A DNA stretch of 64,000 nt, from NCBI RefSeq assembly GCF_025526975.1, contig NW_026515677.1, positions 310,001 through 374,000 of the forward strand, given 5' to 3'. Numbering within the stretch: the first letter of the stretch is position 1; every line of letters begins with the position of its first letter. The notes under the pieces are model-generated. The model saw nothing but the letters and a program-made list of their open reading frames with translations. It was not told where the DNA came from and made no database searches. Both the position numbers and the translations under genes were made by a program. The stretch comes from Fimicolochytrium jonesii. Its lineage: Eukaryota. Positions 61,671 through 64,000 of the stretch are shown here, piece by piece.

Positions 61671-64000
61671 GATGTGCGGTTGTGGGGTGGATTCAAAGGA
61701 ATGCGAGCAAGAAGTCGGACATAGGTGCTCCGATGATGACATAATCTTCGGACATGTCGCGTTTCGTTCTTGACAACTTGCGAAACGTTCGACATTCGTG
61801 CAGGTCAAGAAAGTAAAATGGACTCCGTTCGGAGGTTGCTCAGTAAGCTTCTCTATTTTTCTTCTCGAGTGAATAAATAACAGATAACCCTAGCTTCCCT
61901 TTCCTTTATCTCTTTTGAGCTATCAAGTGCTATGACTGAAAGCTACGGTGGGAGGGAGGGATGTTTCGATGAAGAAGAACTAACTATCGGGAGCGCAGAG
62001 CGCATTTAGCACCTAATGTCCAGGGAAACCCGTAAACCCATAAATCGTCGTTGATCGTGCCGGAAGGCGCGACGTTGATGAATAAAGCGATGCAAATGCG
62101 GCGTCGGAAGGAGGTGCTTAGTGCGGTGGGTAGTGAGGTCGGATACTAAGCAACCTCCTCCTCGTCCATACACTCTAGAGGACTACGGTCCTCGTCCAGA
62201 GCAGATTTTATCATTATTATATCCTGCCCAGCTTCGGCCGGCCATATAGACAATGAAAAGTGTTTGTGGTTAAAAGGACGGATGCATATATTATGTATCT
62301 CGCTGCTCGCCAGTGGTTGTCGTTGAAATCACATTTCCACCAAGGACAACTATTAGAGCAAACTTCTTTAGGCGTCCTGATTTGGATCATGGTTTTTTGG
62401 TCTCTCCTCTCCTTCAAGGAGGTAAATTTCCGATGGTCCTCAGTGAGCCCCTTAGGGAGATGTACTGTAAGCCCTGACAAGGATAAATAGCGAGGTTAGG
62501 AGCTGGCTAGAGGGTAAGGCTCATAAATATTCGTTGGGCAACCGCCCCCGGCTTGAAGCGCGTTCTTGGGCACAAGTATCCCTCAACAGGGCCCTCAAAA
62601 CGATCAGCTGGCTATATCCCCTGGATTCTACGTTCACATTTGAGAATCACACGAGGGGTATCGGCGAAAGGCATCAGCTGGGTGGTTCCCCTTAATTTTG
62701 AGGTCACTGGGTCTCAAAAGCCAGTCAGCTTGGGTTTCCCAAGGATAATAATGTAGTTTAAATCGTTCCCCCTTTATCAACATCAAGGAAGAAGTTGGGC
62801 TTATCTCACCGTAAAAAATGGGTAACACGTAAGCTTGACCTCCAAAGTTACGCGTGTTGGGCTGCAACGCATAGGCAGAAATCGTGGGCCCTAGATCCTT
62901 CCCGGGTGCGGGTAGAACAGGACATCGTGCCCACATCCCCCTCTGAATCGTTTCTCGTCCGTCCTTGCCCTTCTCACTTCTATCGATCAATCGTATGGTA
63001 CGTTTTTCCGTGCGTCATCACACAACATAACCGACGCTCTTGTTCTCTGAAAGTTCATAGGGGACCACCATCTCGCCGCCATCTCCCATCGCTTTCCGAC
63101 CTGGTTCATAAGGTGACATTTCCCCACGATAGTGCATCTTCCCAGCGAAGGCGTCAGTAAGTGTTGGATTTTTGCATGACGTCCCTCCTTTTCAACGTCG
63201 CCGCCGCTTCTCCGTCGTCCGCCGCCATCTCCCACCACTCAACGCGCCTGCCGATGGTTGGACAACATCCTTCCACTAAGCAGCTTCCTGTAAGTGTCTC
63301 GCTATATGAATTGGACCTCACCATAACAGACGCGTTCCTTTCCTTTTTGACGCGCAACGGCCGTGTCATTCAGGCAAGCACAATTCCCAATCTGCGGTGA
63401 CCCCGAGCACGAATTCCAGCCGCACACTGAACACTCCCACTCTAGCGAAGTTGTAAGTTCGCGTGGCTCCTACGCCACGCGCCCGCGGGCAGTGGAAGGT
63501 CGAGGGTCCATCTTAGCCCCAGCTCCAGGGGCCCTAGGACGGCTGATTAGACGCAGTGGCGTGGCGGTACAGAACTGGAAGTGCGGAAGGGGCCTGTGTG
63601 CTGGAGAGGGTGGTCGGTTCTGGGGCCCGTCGTCCGCTCCCGCCGCCCTAAGTAACGTGCGGTACAATATTCATGCGCCTTAGGACATACCAACTTCCAG
63701 GGGCCAATTGTGAAAACATGGTATTCTCTTATACTGTATCTACGAGGTACATACAGTGAACTGTATTCAATGGAAGCGACAGATTCCGGAACATCCGTCA
63801 ATCATGACGACGGATAGGTGGAAAATCATATCTGGCGTATGAGGGTGATGTGATGAGCACTGATGGGGGAATCATTAGCAGCATGGATGGGGGGAGGAGG
63901 TTGAGGGTTGTTTGTTGGGTTTAGGGTAAGGATTGGTTGCAAACCATGTACATACAAGCCTTCTCTGTGTTGTGTATTCACGCCCCCACCCGACGTCCAT

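Noticed and set aside
61835..62157. RFX X-box-like sites (GTTGCTCAGTAAG, GATACTAAGCAAC) upstream of the EFCAB5-like gene
   Set aside because: Imperfect matches, with no convincing equivalents upstream of the CFAP53 or ERICH3-like genes.

Overview
Gene-dense, intron-containing eukaryotic DNA with short GT-AG introns and CTRAY branch points. Fungal housekeeping genes occur together with axonemal/ciliary genes (CFAP53, EFCAB5-like, ERICH3-like N-terminus), which points to a zoosporic fungus (chytrid, plausibly Spizellomycetales; inference). About 22 protein-coding genes can be assembled: a giant ERICH3-N/IQ/tandem-repeat protein, MOV10/SDE3-like helicase, thymidylate kinase, Med20, MDR oxidoreductase, ArfGAP, AGGF1-like OCRE-FHA-G-patch protein, class I HDAC, SCAP, mitochondrial carrier, PL3 pectate lyase, bacterial-type PRTase, Ubc6, DUF2855, small HSP, choline kinase, DAACS symporter, GH18 chitinase, hemerythrin-like protein, CFAP53 and EFCAB5-like protein. 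There is also a degenerate HNH gene, a tRNA-Val(CAC) and a 191-bp Tc1/mariner-type MITE. The most notable items are: (1) a ~2,450-aa putative ciliary protein carrying ~29 copies of an unrecognised SxDxAAxxxLPxSxAxSxxN motif; (2) a small heat-shock protein with a signal peptide, a Cys-flanked insert, a LEA-like tail and C-terminal KEEL (candidate ER-lumenal sHSP in a fungus); (3) an FHA domain split by an RS-rich insert; (4) a 33-54 kb block enriched in prokaryote-like accessory genes. Family calls are from motif recognition only, without database searches, and exon boundaries are manual inferences.
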